Assembly: GCF_006345805.1 (NCBI RefSeq)
Contig: NC_043006.1
Span: 28,954,001 to 29,018,000, forward strand
Source: Octopus sinensis
Lineage: Eukaryota
Reading direction: 5' to 3'
DNA: 64,000 nt
Each line of letters begins with the position of its first letter. The first letter of the stretch is position 1. The notes below the pieces were generated by a model. The model was given only the letters and a program-made list of their open reading frames with translations, was not told where the DNA came from and did not search any database. Below are positions 24,703 through 36,895 of the stretch, piece by piece. The position numbers were made by a program, and so were the translations under genes.

Positions 24703-25486
24703 TACATGGTGCATTCAAAAAGCATCCAACTTATTTTTTCCTGCGAAAACTAATCCCATGTGAGCAAAATCCTTTGGGTGTGAGGTGATGCCACCCTTCT
24801 TGCTCATGTGTGAAAATTTCCACCCCAGTTGGCTGTCAATTCCTGGCTGTTAGGCCTAGACTACAGACATGTAGTGAGTGCTCATTGGATTTTTGTTTTC
24901 ACACCAGATGGCTGAATGCATTGAGCAAAAGCCTAAACCCATGTCTCATCACCAGTGATGGTAGTCTTCATGAAGCCTGGGTCATGGTTTGCACAGTCCA
25001 GCATGTCCTGAGTGATTTCCATGCAGAGTTGCTTCTACTGCCCTACTTGAACCTTTGGGATGAATTTTGCCAACACTCTTCACATGCACAAAACCTCCAT
25101 TAAAATGGAATGCACTAATCCTGTGCTTATTTCCACTTCATAAACAATTGTTCATGAGGATTGTTACATGATGGTCACCAAATCAGTTTCTCATTTCAGC
25201 TTGTGGATGGTCTACCTGAGCATACCTCAACCTCCACTAAAGTATGGTTATATTTGAAGCAGTTATACCACTCTTTTATCTGAGTTTTGGCTATGGCATC
25301 ACCAAAGGCCTGCTGAATCTTCTGGATAGTCTGAGCTTGAGTATCAACAAGCTTTTGGCAAAACTTGATGCAATATTTCTGTTTGATGTATTCAGTAAAA
25401 ATGAAAATCTGATGAGCACACACTACACATCGGTACTCTAAAAATAAAATCGGATAAAATCAGATAATTTTTGAATGCATGTCATA
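24703..25486 (-). mobile_element. Mariner, internally deleted
   Basis: HTH QKYCIKFCQKLVDTQAQTIQKIQQAFGD...KEWYNCFK...SGRPSTS; TIR-like TAcatggtgcattcaaaaa / tttttgaatgcatgtcaTA. Confidence 0.85.
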
Positions 25487-26654
25487 TTTTAGTTTCTAGT
25501 TTCAAACTATTAACATGCTCATGCATATATGAAAAATTTTACTTTTCCTATCATTTCATGCTAAGAGATTAAAAGCTTTAATCCGAAAGTGTGTCACAGT
25601 AATGTTAAAGGAAGTAATGAAGGTGACAATTTCTAAGTTTGTTCGTAAACAAGAAAGGGTAAAAATTTTGTTAGAAGTTATGAGAGAAATACTTCTGGCT
25701 ATTTTCATGGCTGGGATGTTCTTGCTGCATTCCTCTCTTTCCTCTGTGACACCCTCCTGCCTCTCTATCACTGATCCTCTCTTGGCTTCTCCACCCTTTC
25801 CTTGTCACCCTCTCATCTTTCTCTATTATACACCTTTCCATCCCCATCACTCCTATAATAAGGGATAGTGCTGGATTTACTCCTACTCTCTCTCCCTCCC
25901 ATTAATCTTCGGTACTACTGTTTCTCATCTATTACTCACACCTCCAGTAATATCTCTTATCTTATTTTCTCCACTACCATCCTGTCACAGTAATAAATCT
26001 GTTCCTTGCATCATACATTCACTTTTCTCACCACCTTGCCTTAAGCTCAGTTTTTATCCTTATCTTCTTCTATCCTGCCTTTCAGATTAGTGGTGGTGGG
26101 GGGGGAGCTTTAGTTTTGTGAGTTAAAAGGTGATCTCACTAATGCTAATGCCACAAGGAAATGCACCAAGTAAAATTGATAAAGTTATCAGTGAATCCAG
26201 ATGAAATGATCTTGGGTCAAGAAGACTCTTTGGACTTTCTGAGAGCAGGTCAATCTCTCTAGTGCTGGTGGTAGGTGTTAAGAAACCATACTTAAACTGA
26301 GATCTGGTCCTCTGATCCTACTTGGAAGGTGGATACTCTGAATAAGAACTGACCCAGACTATGATGACTTAGCATATAAAACAGATAAAGTTGTCTTATT
26401 TACTTTAGAGTTCCAAAATTGGTTGATATTTTCATGTAGACATTTTTATTGCTGATAATAAAATTTTATTTTTTTTTTATTAGTTAATTTTACTGTTCAT
26501 TCAAAATTTCTAATGTTCTTCCTTGTTTCCCATTGTAAAGTGTAGCGTACACTGGAATGAAATTCCTCTCCTCTCTATTATATATACATGCATATGAACG
26601 TAGTAGATAACAGCTAGCCTTTGGCCGCATTTTGGACCCTGTTGTGTCCATTAC

Positions 26655-26885
26655 TCTGATTGGTTGGTATTGGCGCAATTTGTCTCTTATTCTATTCACG
26701 CCAATATGCAACCCAACCAGTCGCAGACTTTAAATAAGGTCACGTGTGACAGCTTGTTTTCTACTCAGCTTTGAGCTTATGACTCCATATAAAAACCTAA
26801 CTTTTCTTCATCTCAAGGTCTTTTGGTTCCAGACTTTCCAAGGTGTCACAGGTGTTTTTTATGTTTTGAGTTCAAATCACGTGAT
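26655..26885 (+). promoter_or_regulatory. Promoter-like motif cluster
   Basis: ATTGG at 26659 and 26669, CCAAT at 26701, TTTAAATA at 26729, GGTCACGTG at 26738, TATAAAAA at about 26787, TCACGTGA at 26877. Confidence 0.45.
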
Positions 26886-26959
26886 TCTGGAGTAAGCTGT
26901 TTGTTTGTGATACTTGTTGAAGGTTTCCCCATATGGGTAAACCTAGGATTTGTTAACTT

Positions 26960-28320
26960 TGTTGAATTTTGAACTATTGCTGCTATTTTTGTCTGTTATT
27001 GTATTTATTCTCTTCACCAACTATGGGTGAAGTAGGAAAAAGAGGAGATATAGAAAATGAACCAATTGGAAGTTATGCATTAGCCATAAGTAAAGGAATA
27101 TCGACCAGCGCCTTGGAAGTGCGTGAAATTAAGATAGAGCCCAGAAAGTGGAAGGAAAGTAGTAAATTAATAGAAAGGGAGGGAGCCAGTTTAAGGCTGA
27201 CTCCACTGCAAGAATTGACAAACAACGTGGTAAAAAAGACAGTGGTATACAGAACGTTATCTACATCCTCTATAAAGGTAGAGGTAGCCCCAATAGAGAC
27301 AATAGAGAAGTGTTTCAAGGAAATAAAGAGGCTTACCACATTTTATACACATGAGATTAATGAAGCATGGCTAGTGGCAACAGTCATACATGGCGGATGA
27401 AGTGAAAATCTTAAGATTACAAAAACAGAAAAGGTTAATTGGTGGGGGTATGGCCTCGAGATGGCTATAGAAGTAGCCTAAAAGACCTGAACAATATTAC
27501 AGAGGAAATCATTCTCCCAGAGGATGTTCAACTGAGAGTAGTGGTGGAAGGAAGACCACCAACGTTTCTTATGTGGTCAAAAGAGGCACTTGAAAGCAGG
27601 ATGCCCCCAGAAAGAAAGCAAAGAGGAGGAGCTGAAAAGGGAAAAACAGTACCAAGTGGTGGTACTGGAAAGGGACAAAGATGGAGTGGAGGGGCTCATT
27701 TACTGTTGAGAACAGAAGGAAAAGGAAAGAATGGGTGAGCTCCCCATCTTAGAGCCAGAAAAGGATGGAGATTGAGATGGAGGAAGAAAGGAATAGGTGT
27801 GACACACTAACAGAATCAACAAAGGAACGTAAGAGTGGAAGCAGAAAAATTAGTACAACATGATGTGGGATGCTATGCAATTGACGTTTATTTTGGTCCA
27901 CCAAAATACAAATCACATGGAATGCCTCATGCAAACAGCCCAGGTCTGTCGCTGAAGCAAAAGAGAAAAAATAAATGGCATATGGTCACATATACAAAAA
28001 ACACAGCAATCGAGTGGAAGATTACAAAGTTTAAATCGGTCAGAAGAGTAAGGTTGCCACTGGAGAAATATTCCAAATATACCAAGGGAATAATTATTGA
28101 CAAGGATGGATATATGAAATTGAAAGAACTGTTTGGAAATAGTATAGACCTGTTTGGGGTAGGAGTTGAATTAACGAATTACCACCAGTTATGGAGATTG
28201 ACAATTTGAAACTCTTAGTGAACTGTTAAAAAAAGTAAAGTAAGTAACATTTTTATTAAAAAAAAAGGGAACAAAAAACTTTCAAAAGGGGAAGAAAAAA
28301 AAAACACTGCTAAAAGGCAA
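26960..28320 (+). mobile_element. L1/Tx1-type ORF1 remnant with A-rich tail and no ORF2
   Basis: ORFs 26969-27400, 27439-27738 and 27835-28209; LRVVVEGRPP followed by a frameshifted knuckle (C)FLCGQKRHLKAGCP; A-rich end at 28225-28320. Confidence 0.6.
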
Positions 28321-28369
28321 AAAGACAGTGTAACAAAGATCATTAAATGGTATAATTTAGCTGTTAAAT

Positions 28370-28566
28370 CAGTGGTTTTCAACCAGGGTTCCACGGAACC
28401 ATAGGGTTCCGCAAGAGGTTACAAAACTGGTAAAATCGGCAGTAATTTTTAATTTTCTTGTGCAGATATGTGTGCATAAAACTATTAAATTACTGCACAG
28501 GGGTTCCTCGAGCCAGTGGAATGTTTCCTTGGGGTTCTGCTCCAGCAAAAAGTTTGAAAAGCATTG
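28370..28566. mobile_element. hAT MITE
   Basis: TIRs cagtggttttcaacc / agtttgaaaagcattg with a perfect 8-bp TSD tgttaaat. Confidence 0.9.
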
Positions 28567-28799
28567 TGTTAAATGGTACTGCATGAGCGTGGGGTTCAAT
28601 GCAGCCATTTCACCATCATTAATTGATACATAATTCATTTTGATTTAGTTTATGTCTTTGTCCCCATTATAGTGTCCTGTCTGTCCTTGTGCTGCCCCCC
28701 CCCCTGTGTGAGCCATGAGTGCTTAAATAAATACTTATGGTTCCAGACCTTTTAAGGTCTAGCCACTGACCACACAAGACACAGTCAGTTCCAGCGACA

Positions 28800-29725
28800 A
28801 CACAACAGCAGCCACGTGGAGACTCACCAAGTTCATCCAACAGCATTCGGTGACCTCCATCTCTGTCGCCACCATCCCAATGTCAACATCTCTCTACGTA
28901 CTCACACTGGTTACAACACTGTTCATGAATTATTTCACCATGCATCAATAGCGAATATACAACCTGCAAGAACTCCTGTACCAAGTGACCCAGGTAGCAG
29001 CATCTCAGCCACAACTTCACGTACGACACGTACTGCAACCAGCTCTGAATCATCGCTGCAACTTCTTGATACAGTATTTCAACTATCGTGTATAATTGAC
29101 TACGAAATGGTATTTATCATAACTTTACTCTTGATAAATTTAAGGCGGCGAGCTGGCAGAAACGTTAGCACGCCGGGCGAAATGCTTAGCGGTATTTCGT
29201 CTGCGTTACGTTGTGAGTTCAAATTCCGCCGAGGTCGACTTTGCCTTTCATCCTTTCGGGGTCGATAAATTAAGTACCAGTTATGCACTGGGGTCGATGT
29301 AATCGACTTAATACCTATGTCTGTCCTTGTTTGTCCCCTCTGTGTTTAGCCTCTTGTGGGTAGTAAAGAAATAGGTATTTATCATTCTTGTGTCTATGAA
29401 CTTACTCCTCACTTCAATGGCTACAGACTATTTCACTGTCTCTTCTTCATCACCATCCTTATATGTTCTTAACACACATATGTCTATGCCTATATACACA
29501 CGCATACATCTTGTTCTTACGACGGCCTGTCTATTATTCTGTATATATATGACGCACACACAATCACACATGTTACCATATCAATAAATCTTCTCTTAAA
29601 AATTCTACCCGGTTGTGTCGCTTATTTCCCTCTGGTACATATATGCATTATTCTATTTATCGACCGTATGATGTACTGAGGAGCCATTCTCGTCACCTCG
29701 TTGTCAAGAGGTGGTGGGAGACAGA
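28800..29725 (+). mobile_element. Possible Penelope-like GIY-YIG end plus 3' pLTR remnant, split by a SINE
   Basis: CpG-rich; frameshifted pieces TVHELFHHASIANIQ and LHVRHVLQPALN; half hammerhead CTGAGGAGCCA at 29676. Confidence 0.4.
29142..29378 (+). mobile_element. SINE family A, young full-length copy
   Basis: CpGs intact: aaggcggcgagctggcagaaacgttagcacgccgggcgaaatgc. Confidence 0.96.
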
Positions 29726-29769
29726 CACAGATACAAAGACACACATAGATGTATGCATACACACACACA

Positions 29770-30820
29770 CAGGGTGTGGTGAATAAATTGTCATCTAAGT
29801 TATGCAAAAATGAAAATGACACTGACATCTCATTTTAACGAATATATTTACCAAAATTACATAAAAATATCTCGAAATACTAAAGAGTAAATTTATTCAA
29901 TAAAATTACCATTGGCTTCAATCATGGCCGCCAGACAATTAAGGAATCTCTTCTGGATGGTCTCCTTGTTTAAGTTGGTAAATGCTGCCATAATCCTTGC
30001 CTTCAAATCATCTTTGGTGTTGCAAGGAATTTTGTTGCTCTCTCGCTCAACTGCGCCCCACACATAATAACCAAGGGGATTGTAGTCTGGGGAGCTAGGT
30101 GGCCAGATGTTAGGGTTGATATGGTTGCAGAAATTGTCTGACTGCTATAACTGGGTTCTCCTGCTTGTGTGACATGGTGCGGAGCCCTGTTGCCAGACTT
30201 AAGGTCTCCCAGCAGCCACCCTCTTAACCCAAGGTAGAACTACCTCTTCCAGGCACTTGATGTTGGTCTGCGTATTGAGTGTGAGGCTGTGTGGGAAGAT
30301 GAATGGAGGCATAACATCACCATCACTCCAAACACCATGATGTTGACTGGATGTTTGATTTTTATCATTCTCGGTACATGTTTTGGGGACACGGCAGGAA
30401 AGTGTTGTAAAAACTTTTTGCAGCATTCCCGTGTACCATGGCATATCATTATTAAAAAAATCCTCATGTCTAATATCTCAAATGCAATGACTCCCCTCAC
30501 CCTGATTTTATTACAATTTCTAGAAGTAGTCTTGCTTTCCTTTCTTGTCACTTGTACTTTCAATTGTTTGAAATTACAAGAAAGCAACACAACTGTGACA
30601 AGTCTGACCAGTGGAAATTTGCAAGGTTTCAAATTATATTTTCTTACTTTGCAATATTTACAGAAGTATATTATTTTCCAATTAATGTTGGAATTATATA
30701 TTATGCCTATGCTGTGTATTTGCTTTACTAGCGGAACCCGTAAATATTTCATGGAACTAACAGTAAACTTATCAGGTTATTTCTGAAAAATTTATCCAGA
30801 AAACCTGAAAGCATACCCTG
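29770..30820 (-). mobile_element. Tc1/mariner of the DD37D (maT) type, deleted and decayed
   Basis: WQQ(G)SAPCHTSRRTQ...WPPSSPDYNPL(G)YYVWGAVERE, with 37 residues between the two mutated Asp positions; TIRs cagggt / accctg. Confidence 0.88.
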
Positions 30821-30949
30821 TGTGGTGTTTGTATCAAAAGATAATTATTCATCTGCTACTCTTTGAAAAGTGAAGCAACTGGAGTACAATGAATACTTAA
30901 TGCACTTTGTATATACACTTGATATACACTGTGCACAATTTTATAGACT

Positions 30950-31337
30950 TACTAGCAGTATCGCCCGGTGTTGCTCAGGTTTGTAAGGGAAATAACTATA
31001 AAGCATTTTTAGAGAGTTATAGCCAAAAAATAGCAAAAAAAATGGGAAAAAATGATTGTAAATTTTTTTTTGAGATTTAAAAAAGGTGGAGTTGCGTCCC
31101 CTAGACAGTTTGTGGTTTGTGTTTCTGATTCTCGACCCCATGTCGAATTTATCGATTTTTTCAGAACTGGGGGAACTTTTCAAAATTTTCGCTGGGTTAG
31201 TTTTGAATTATGACATTGGGCTATGTGTGTGTCAAGTTTCATCAGAATCGGTTGAAAGCCGTGGTCAGAGTGAGGGTACAAGCAAACAGACACACAGAAA
31301 CACGCACAGACAAACTGCCATTTATATAGAGAGAGAT
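30950..31337 (+). mobile_element. Helentron/HINE-type non-autonomous element
   Basis: tACTAGCAGTATCGCCCGGTGTTGCTCAGG start; caagtttcatcagaatcgg...cagacaaactgccatttatatagagag end. Confidence 0.7.
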
Positions 31338-32869
31338 TACACAACACTCTTTCTGTCTTGTTCTTTGCCGTACCCTCTTTTTCTCTTTATTCTTCCTCTT
31401 TGTCTCTCGCACTTTGCCTTTCCTTTCAACTAATCATGTGAAAGCATTACAGATGGGCTTAGTAGCGAAGGAAAAAAAAAATAATTAAAAAAAAATTAAT
31501 TAAAAAAAAATTACACATTTCATTCACCGCCACCTCCCTCTCACCCTCCATCCATTCTCTCCTTTTCCCCTCTCCTCCACCTTCAACCAATCATGTGAAA
31601 GCATTATGGACAGGCTAAGTTACAGAGTTACAAGTAGAATTATTATAAGATGTTTACTTCAAGTTTATCAAGCTGTTAAAAGAAATGCTGAGCTTTTCCT
31701 TTATCAGATGTGTTTTATCGATGTAGCAGTTATTACTGACTATTCCAGTTAAACTCATGTCCTAATGTTGTTTTTAACAGTGATGTCTGACTTGTTATAT
31801 CTTTGTAATATCAGGAAAAAAAAAAGAAATTATTTTAATTTACAAGGACTACACTAAAAGAGTCTGAAATGGCAGAATTATATAGTATCAGATGAAAAAG
31901 TTTTGTGTTGTTTAATTATAGCCCTTTACATTCTGAATTTAAATCCTGCTGAGATTGAATTTGCTTTTCGTTCTTCAGTTTTCAATAAAATAAAAGACAA
32001 ACTTTGGCAGTTAATTTCATGTTTTTATTATGTATTCAAGAAGTAGAATAAATTATAATAGAAGATTAACAGACATTGTAAAATGAAAAGAAAGACCAAA
32101 TATTTGGTCACACATCAGTGCTGCTGCTATTAATAGTTATTTTATTTCGTTTGCCAAGAATTGTTACAATATTGGACAAAATGTGAAGTAGTATTTATTT
32201 GAAGCTTTTTACATTGTCAGTTCACATCCTGCCTTCCATCAGTTTGGGGTTGATGATATAGTACTTGTACTTAGTCTTAACGGTATATATTTCAGTTCCA
32301 TGGTTGACAAAATAAATACTAACAAAAATGAGAGTAGACAAGGACCAATTCTACCTTCACTAAATTACTGAAGAAAGAGAGTGAAAGAGTGTGGTTGTAT
32401 TCTGTGTGAGAGAGAAAAGAGAGGAGGCAGCTTGCCACATTCTACTGAGAATAAAAAGAGCTTTACGTTCCTCTTTATATTAGTTAGGAACTGGCTAAGC
32501 AATACTGCACTCTTGATAATACAATAAATCTGGCAAATAGCCAATAAAACTTCACATCATGGTTACATGAGAATTACTAATGACCATTTGTACCTCTAGT
32601 GGCCTCCTATCATTTACTCACATTTAACCAATTTCCATTCCCCACCTTGCTTTTGGAGGAATCTGATATAGGAATCCTCATGTTGTCACTCTGTGAAATA
32701 TCCCTCAAAAAGCTCAATTTTCATGGTAGAGATGAAGTGCTAATAACTATAAAAGTGATTGATTGGTCAGCATGTGGAATATGGAACAATTGAATATTTA
32801 CTTGGACTATTTAATGTATTGATGTTGCTATTAAAGATGTCAGAATCCAGTTTAGAACTGAACATCCTA

Positions 32870-33033
32870 TTTCTTTATTGCCCACAAGGGGCTAAACATA
32901 GAGAGGACAAACAAGGATGGACAAAGGGATTAAGTCGATTACATCGACCCCAGTGTGTAACTAGTACTTAATTTATCGACCCCGAAAGGATGAAAGGCAA
33001 AGTCGACCTCGGCGGAATTTGAACTCAGAACAT
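32870..33033 (-). mobile_element. SINE family A, 5'-truncated
   Basis: Reverse complement of the family A core and tail. Confidence 0.92.
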
Positions 33034-33099
33034 ACTGAACATCCACTATACAGCTAGATACCACTGATAATTTATCCTGTTCAATAGTTTTAACTTATC

Positions 33100-33300
33100 C
33101 AAAAGGATTCTTCACTCAAACCAGATCTAGCTCTTATTCTTTCAATCCTGTAACATGAGATAAACGGTGTCTTGCACAGCCCTCCTTGTAAGTACACAGG
33201 TCTGTATCAGTTCATCCATCTCATTAAAAAAAAATCCCAATTTCTTTACTAGCACTTTGGCTAAAATTTTTACTGTGTTCTTGAGTCATAAGTGTGAAGA
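33100..33300 (-). mobile_element. Ancient L1/Tx1-like RT remnant
   Basis: LAKVLVKKL...LIQTCVLTRRAVQD resembles LAKVLANRL...QTC..P.RSI.DN. Confidence 0.4.
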
Positions 33301-36072
33301 TATTTAACTTATTCCCTTTGTTCTTTATTTCTTAGCAATGCCACAATGTGTCATCCATCTCAACTTACAAATATTCTCAGCCTTGATACCAGTTTTGTTA
33401 GCTATATATCATGATGAATAGGGATGAATTTGTTATTGACAAATAGAATTTGTAGTATTTAGACTTGCTGTTGACACAAACATCCGATCCTGTAATTTCT
33501 TAACTATTGGTTAATCAGATGGTTAACAAATTTTGTCCTCTTAAAACTGCATTTTCTCAGCATCTGACACTACATATTCCTTATGGTTTGACAAAAATAA
33601 TATTGTAGTTTGGTTGGTGTGACTTGTCTCTGCTATTGATCACAGCTGAGTTATTTTATAGACCCTTTAGCAAAGCAATGCACTGGGGCCCCTACATTTT
33701 GTATTGGCAGCAAGCTACAGTATACACAGATTAATATTGAGCTCCCTGAGCAACCGTCCAGTGTGTCCATGACTTAAGGTAATATTGCAATCCAACACAC
33801 AAATTTCTTTCCTTTAAATATCCGAACACCTTTCCTCTCATGATTTGCCACAACCTCCTTATTTGGCAATGGAGTTGTTAACCATAGCCATATCAGCATT
33901 TCTATTTCATAGCCTCTTTCAGTTTCCTTTACCTTTGCTGCTACTGCTGATAATTTCTTACATAAACATAAGCCCTCAAATTTTGGAAGTAACAATCAGT
34001 TGGATTTATTGACTTATACTTTAATCTATCAACTCCGGAAGGAAGAAAAGCAAAGTCAATCTTTGTGTATTATCAGAATTATCACATATTGATAGCTGCA
34101 GCATCTTCCAATTAACTCTCTAACATAGTCATGCAAACTGTAAAAATAAACTGTTGAGGATCTACTTAACCTCAATGCAAGCCAATAAAGGAGTCACTAT
34201 GGGGTTCATCAATCTGCAGGAAATAGCAGCTAAATCTGCATGTAATTAAATACCTGTTAAAATATAAACAACAAATTAGATAATACTATGTGGAAAAGAC
34301 AATTTTGTCTTGGCTTGGATGCTTTTGATCACAGGTCTGTTGATCTTGGCTGACCCATGGCTAATCAACAATTTCAGTAAATGCAGCATGTAATTTGAAA
34401 TTTTCTTAATTTTACTTACTTTGTAAGGGTGTAACAGAAATAATTTAGTTTTAGATTTATTCTTTGACTTGCCTTAAAGTAGGATGTTTTTACTGTAGAG
34501 GGAATGGAAGCAAAAAGAGATTGTGAGGGAGGTGAGTAATGTCAAGTGTTTTTACTATCTAACATGTTAGACCTACCACCATCAGTCTTAGTATATAGGT
34601 CAAACTATACCGTACCTAATGTCTCATCGTGTGAATCAGTGTCATTGATTTACACAATTTGATATTTAAATTGGCATTACCTGCTATCTCAGAAGCTGTG
34701 AGAATTCTATTTTCTTACCTGCTACAAGGAAAACTATTTGTTCTGTGTTGAAGTTTGAATCTTTGTTACGCTTTGCTTTTGATCATATTCATGAAGGGGT
34801 GGGAGGTTGTTTACTTTTGATATTCTGTACATTATTTTTATCTGTATTGTGTAGTAAGTGATGATATATATGAAGGCAAGACTTCCTTTTGTACCTTCCA
34901 CCCCACCCCTTATTTATCTATTTATTCATTTTTACAGAAACCCCTGTACTCAGGTACGGAGATTATGAATCTGAAAAAAAAAATGGCAAAAATCAGCATT
35001 TCAAAATTTCATTCCATCCCGCCTCCTTAAAATTTCTTAATTTTTTTATTTTTTTCAGTTTTTTTTTTCTTTTTTGCAAAGTATGTGTAAAAATATGGAG
35101 ATTATAATTTCCCAAAATATTTGTAAAATTTCAATTAAAAAATTTAATATTTCCCCCTCCCTCACAGTCTACGGCATAAACACAAAGTTTTGAAATCCTC
35201 TAAGCCATTATGCATGCATTGACTGCTACTCTAAAAGCGAAACTTTGGAAGTGGGCAACATGTGAAAAAGACTTTTGGAAATTTTTTTTTTTTTTAATTT
35301 TCGGTTTTAAAATGCGGACGGTCTGATTCTGTTGTTCATTTCTCTTTATGATTTCCAAATAACTTTTAAATACTTCGAAATCAAAATTGGGTGTACGTGG
35401 CAGAGACATAACCCATCCGATCCCGCACATTAAATAAGCTTTCAAGCAGTCTATCCACATGCTAGAAATAACAGCTAATTCTCACAGAAACTCTTTTTCG
35501 CACATAACTTAAAATAAAGTGTTCAATTTTTTTTTTGTTTTGTTTTACGACTAAAAATGTTGGAAATTTCCAATGTGTTTTTTCTTTTTTTTTTTTTTCT
35601 ACAAAATGAAACTTAAAAGGGCATTTACAAAAAATATGAGTACCGAAATAACATCCGAAATCTCCAATAAACCTTCTTGACACACACCCACACACATCTG
35701 TATGTGATGCAGATACAACACGAATTCACTGAAAATATCAAAGAAATTTCATGTTACATACCGTTGGAATTTATGGTGTATAAACCTCATAATTATATTT
35801 TCAACATTGTATTCCATTTCGAAATTTCATGTGGTCATAGAAAATGAAACAATATTAGTGCACATGCACAATACCTGAAAGGGAAATCAGTTGACCCAAC
35901 AAAACAAAACAAACAAAAATAATGTAACTTTCGGGATAAAATAATGAAAAAATATCTGATCAATCTAATCTTTCTGCAAAGATTTATATCAGAGAAATTC
36001 ACATGATCCGATTTTTTCCCCTCATAACTTTAAAGAAAATAGATATCTTTTAATGAAATTTTGCAGAAACAC

Positions 36073-36423
36073 TTTGTCATTTGACTGCAGCCATGCTGGA
36101 GCACTGCCTTTAATCAAGCAAATCGACCCCAGGATTTATTCTTTGTAACCCTAGTACTTATTCTATTGGTATTTTTTTACTGAACCGCAAAGTTAGGGAA
36201 ACAGACTACATACAAATTCATTCTTCACAACTCCTGAAGCTGTTTTCTGACAAGGGGTCAGAAAATTTTCATACAGCTGGAGGCTCCAATCAAATCCACT
36301 TTAGTTGGCCAACCAAATCCACTTTGGTCAGCCTGAGGCTATAGAAGACACTTGCAGTGGGACTGAACCCAGAACCATGTGGTTGGTAAGCAAGCTACCT
36401 ACCACACAGCCACTCCTGCACCT
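36073..36423 (-). mobile_element. SINE family B with an internal replacement
   Basis: gtcatttgactgcagccatgctggagc tail and cacagccactcctgcacct head. Confidence 0.85.
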
Positions 36424-36681
36424 GTTTGAGATAATTTATTTTAATAACATAATTTGTGTTCGCAGACGATGTTCTCCTATACACAATTTTACCATGAAAA
36501 TGTGTTTGGGTGTTATTTCGGTACTCATATTTGTTGTAAATACCTTTTCAAGTTTTTCTTTTTCTTTTTTTTATCTTTTTTTTTTTTTTTGGTAGAAAAA
36601 AAAACAACAACGCACTTCAGAAATTTCCAACAATTTCAGTTGTAAAACAAAACAGGAACAAAACGAACACTTTATTTTAAC

Positions 36682-36895
36682 TTTTTGCCAGACAAATTGC
36701 TATGGCCAAACCAAGTTCCTTTTCGAAGTAGTATTTGGTTTTTCGCCGACTTCTTACAACTTTTCTTGTTGCACTAAAGCCTGTGCTCTGAGTGAGATCT
36801 TCCAGCCTGTATCGCTTTGTAAATTTTGCTCAGTATAGTTTTACAAGATGGGCAACGCATTTGTTTGGCTAGGTGTCCAAGTTCCTGGCAATAAC
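36682..36895 (-). pseudogene. Merlin/ISXO2-like transposase N-terminal zinc-ribbon fragment
   Basis: Two frameshifts and one stop: YCQELGHLAKQMRCPSC ... *CNKKSCK ... LRKGTWFGHSNLS. Confidence 0.55.

Noticed and set aside
30240-30786. Overlapping 165-170 aa ORFs on both strands
   Set aside because: They lie in the deleted DD37D element and are largely off-frame or non-coding element sequence.
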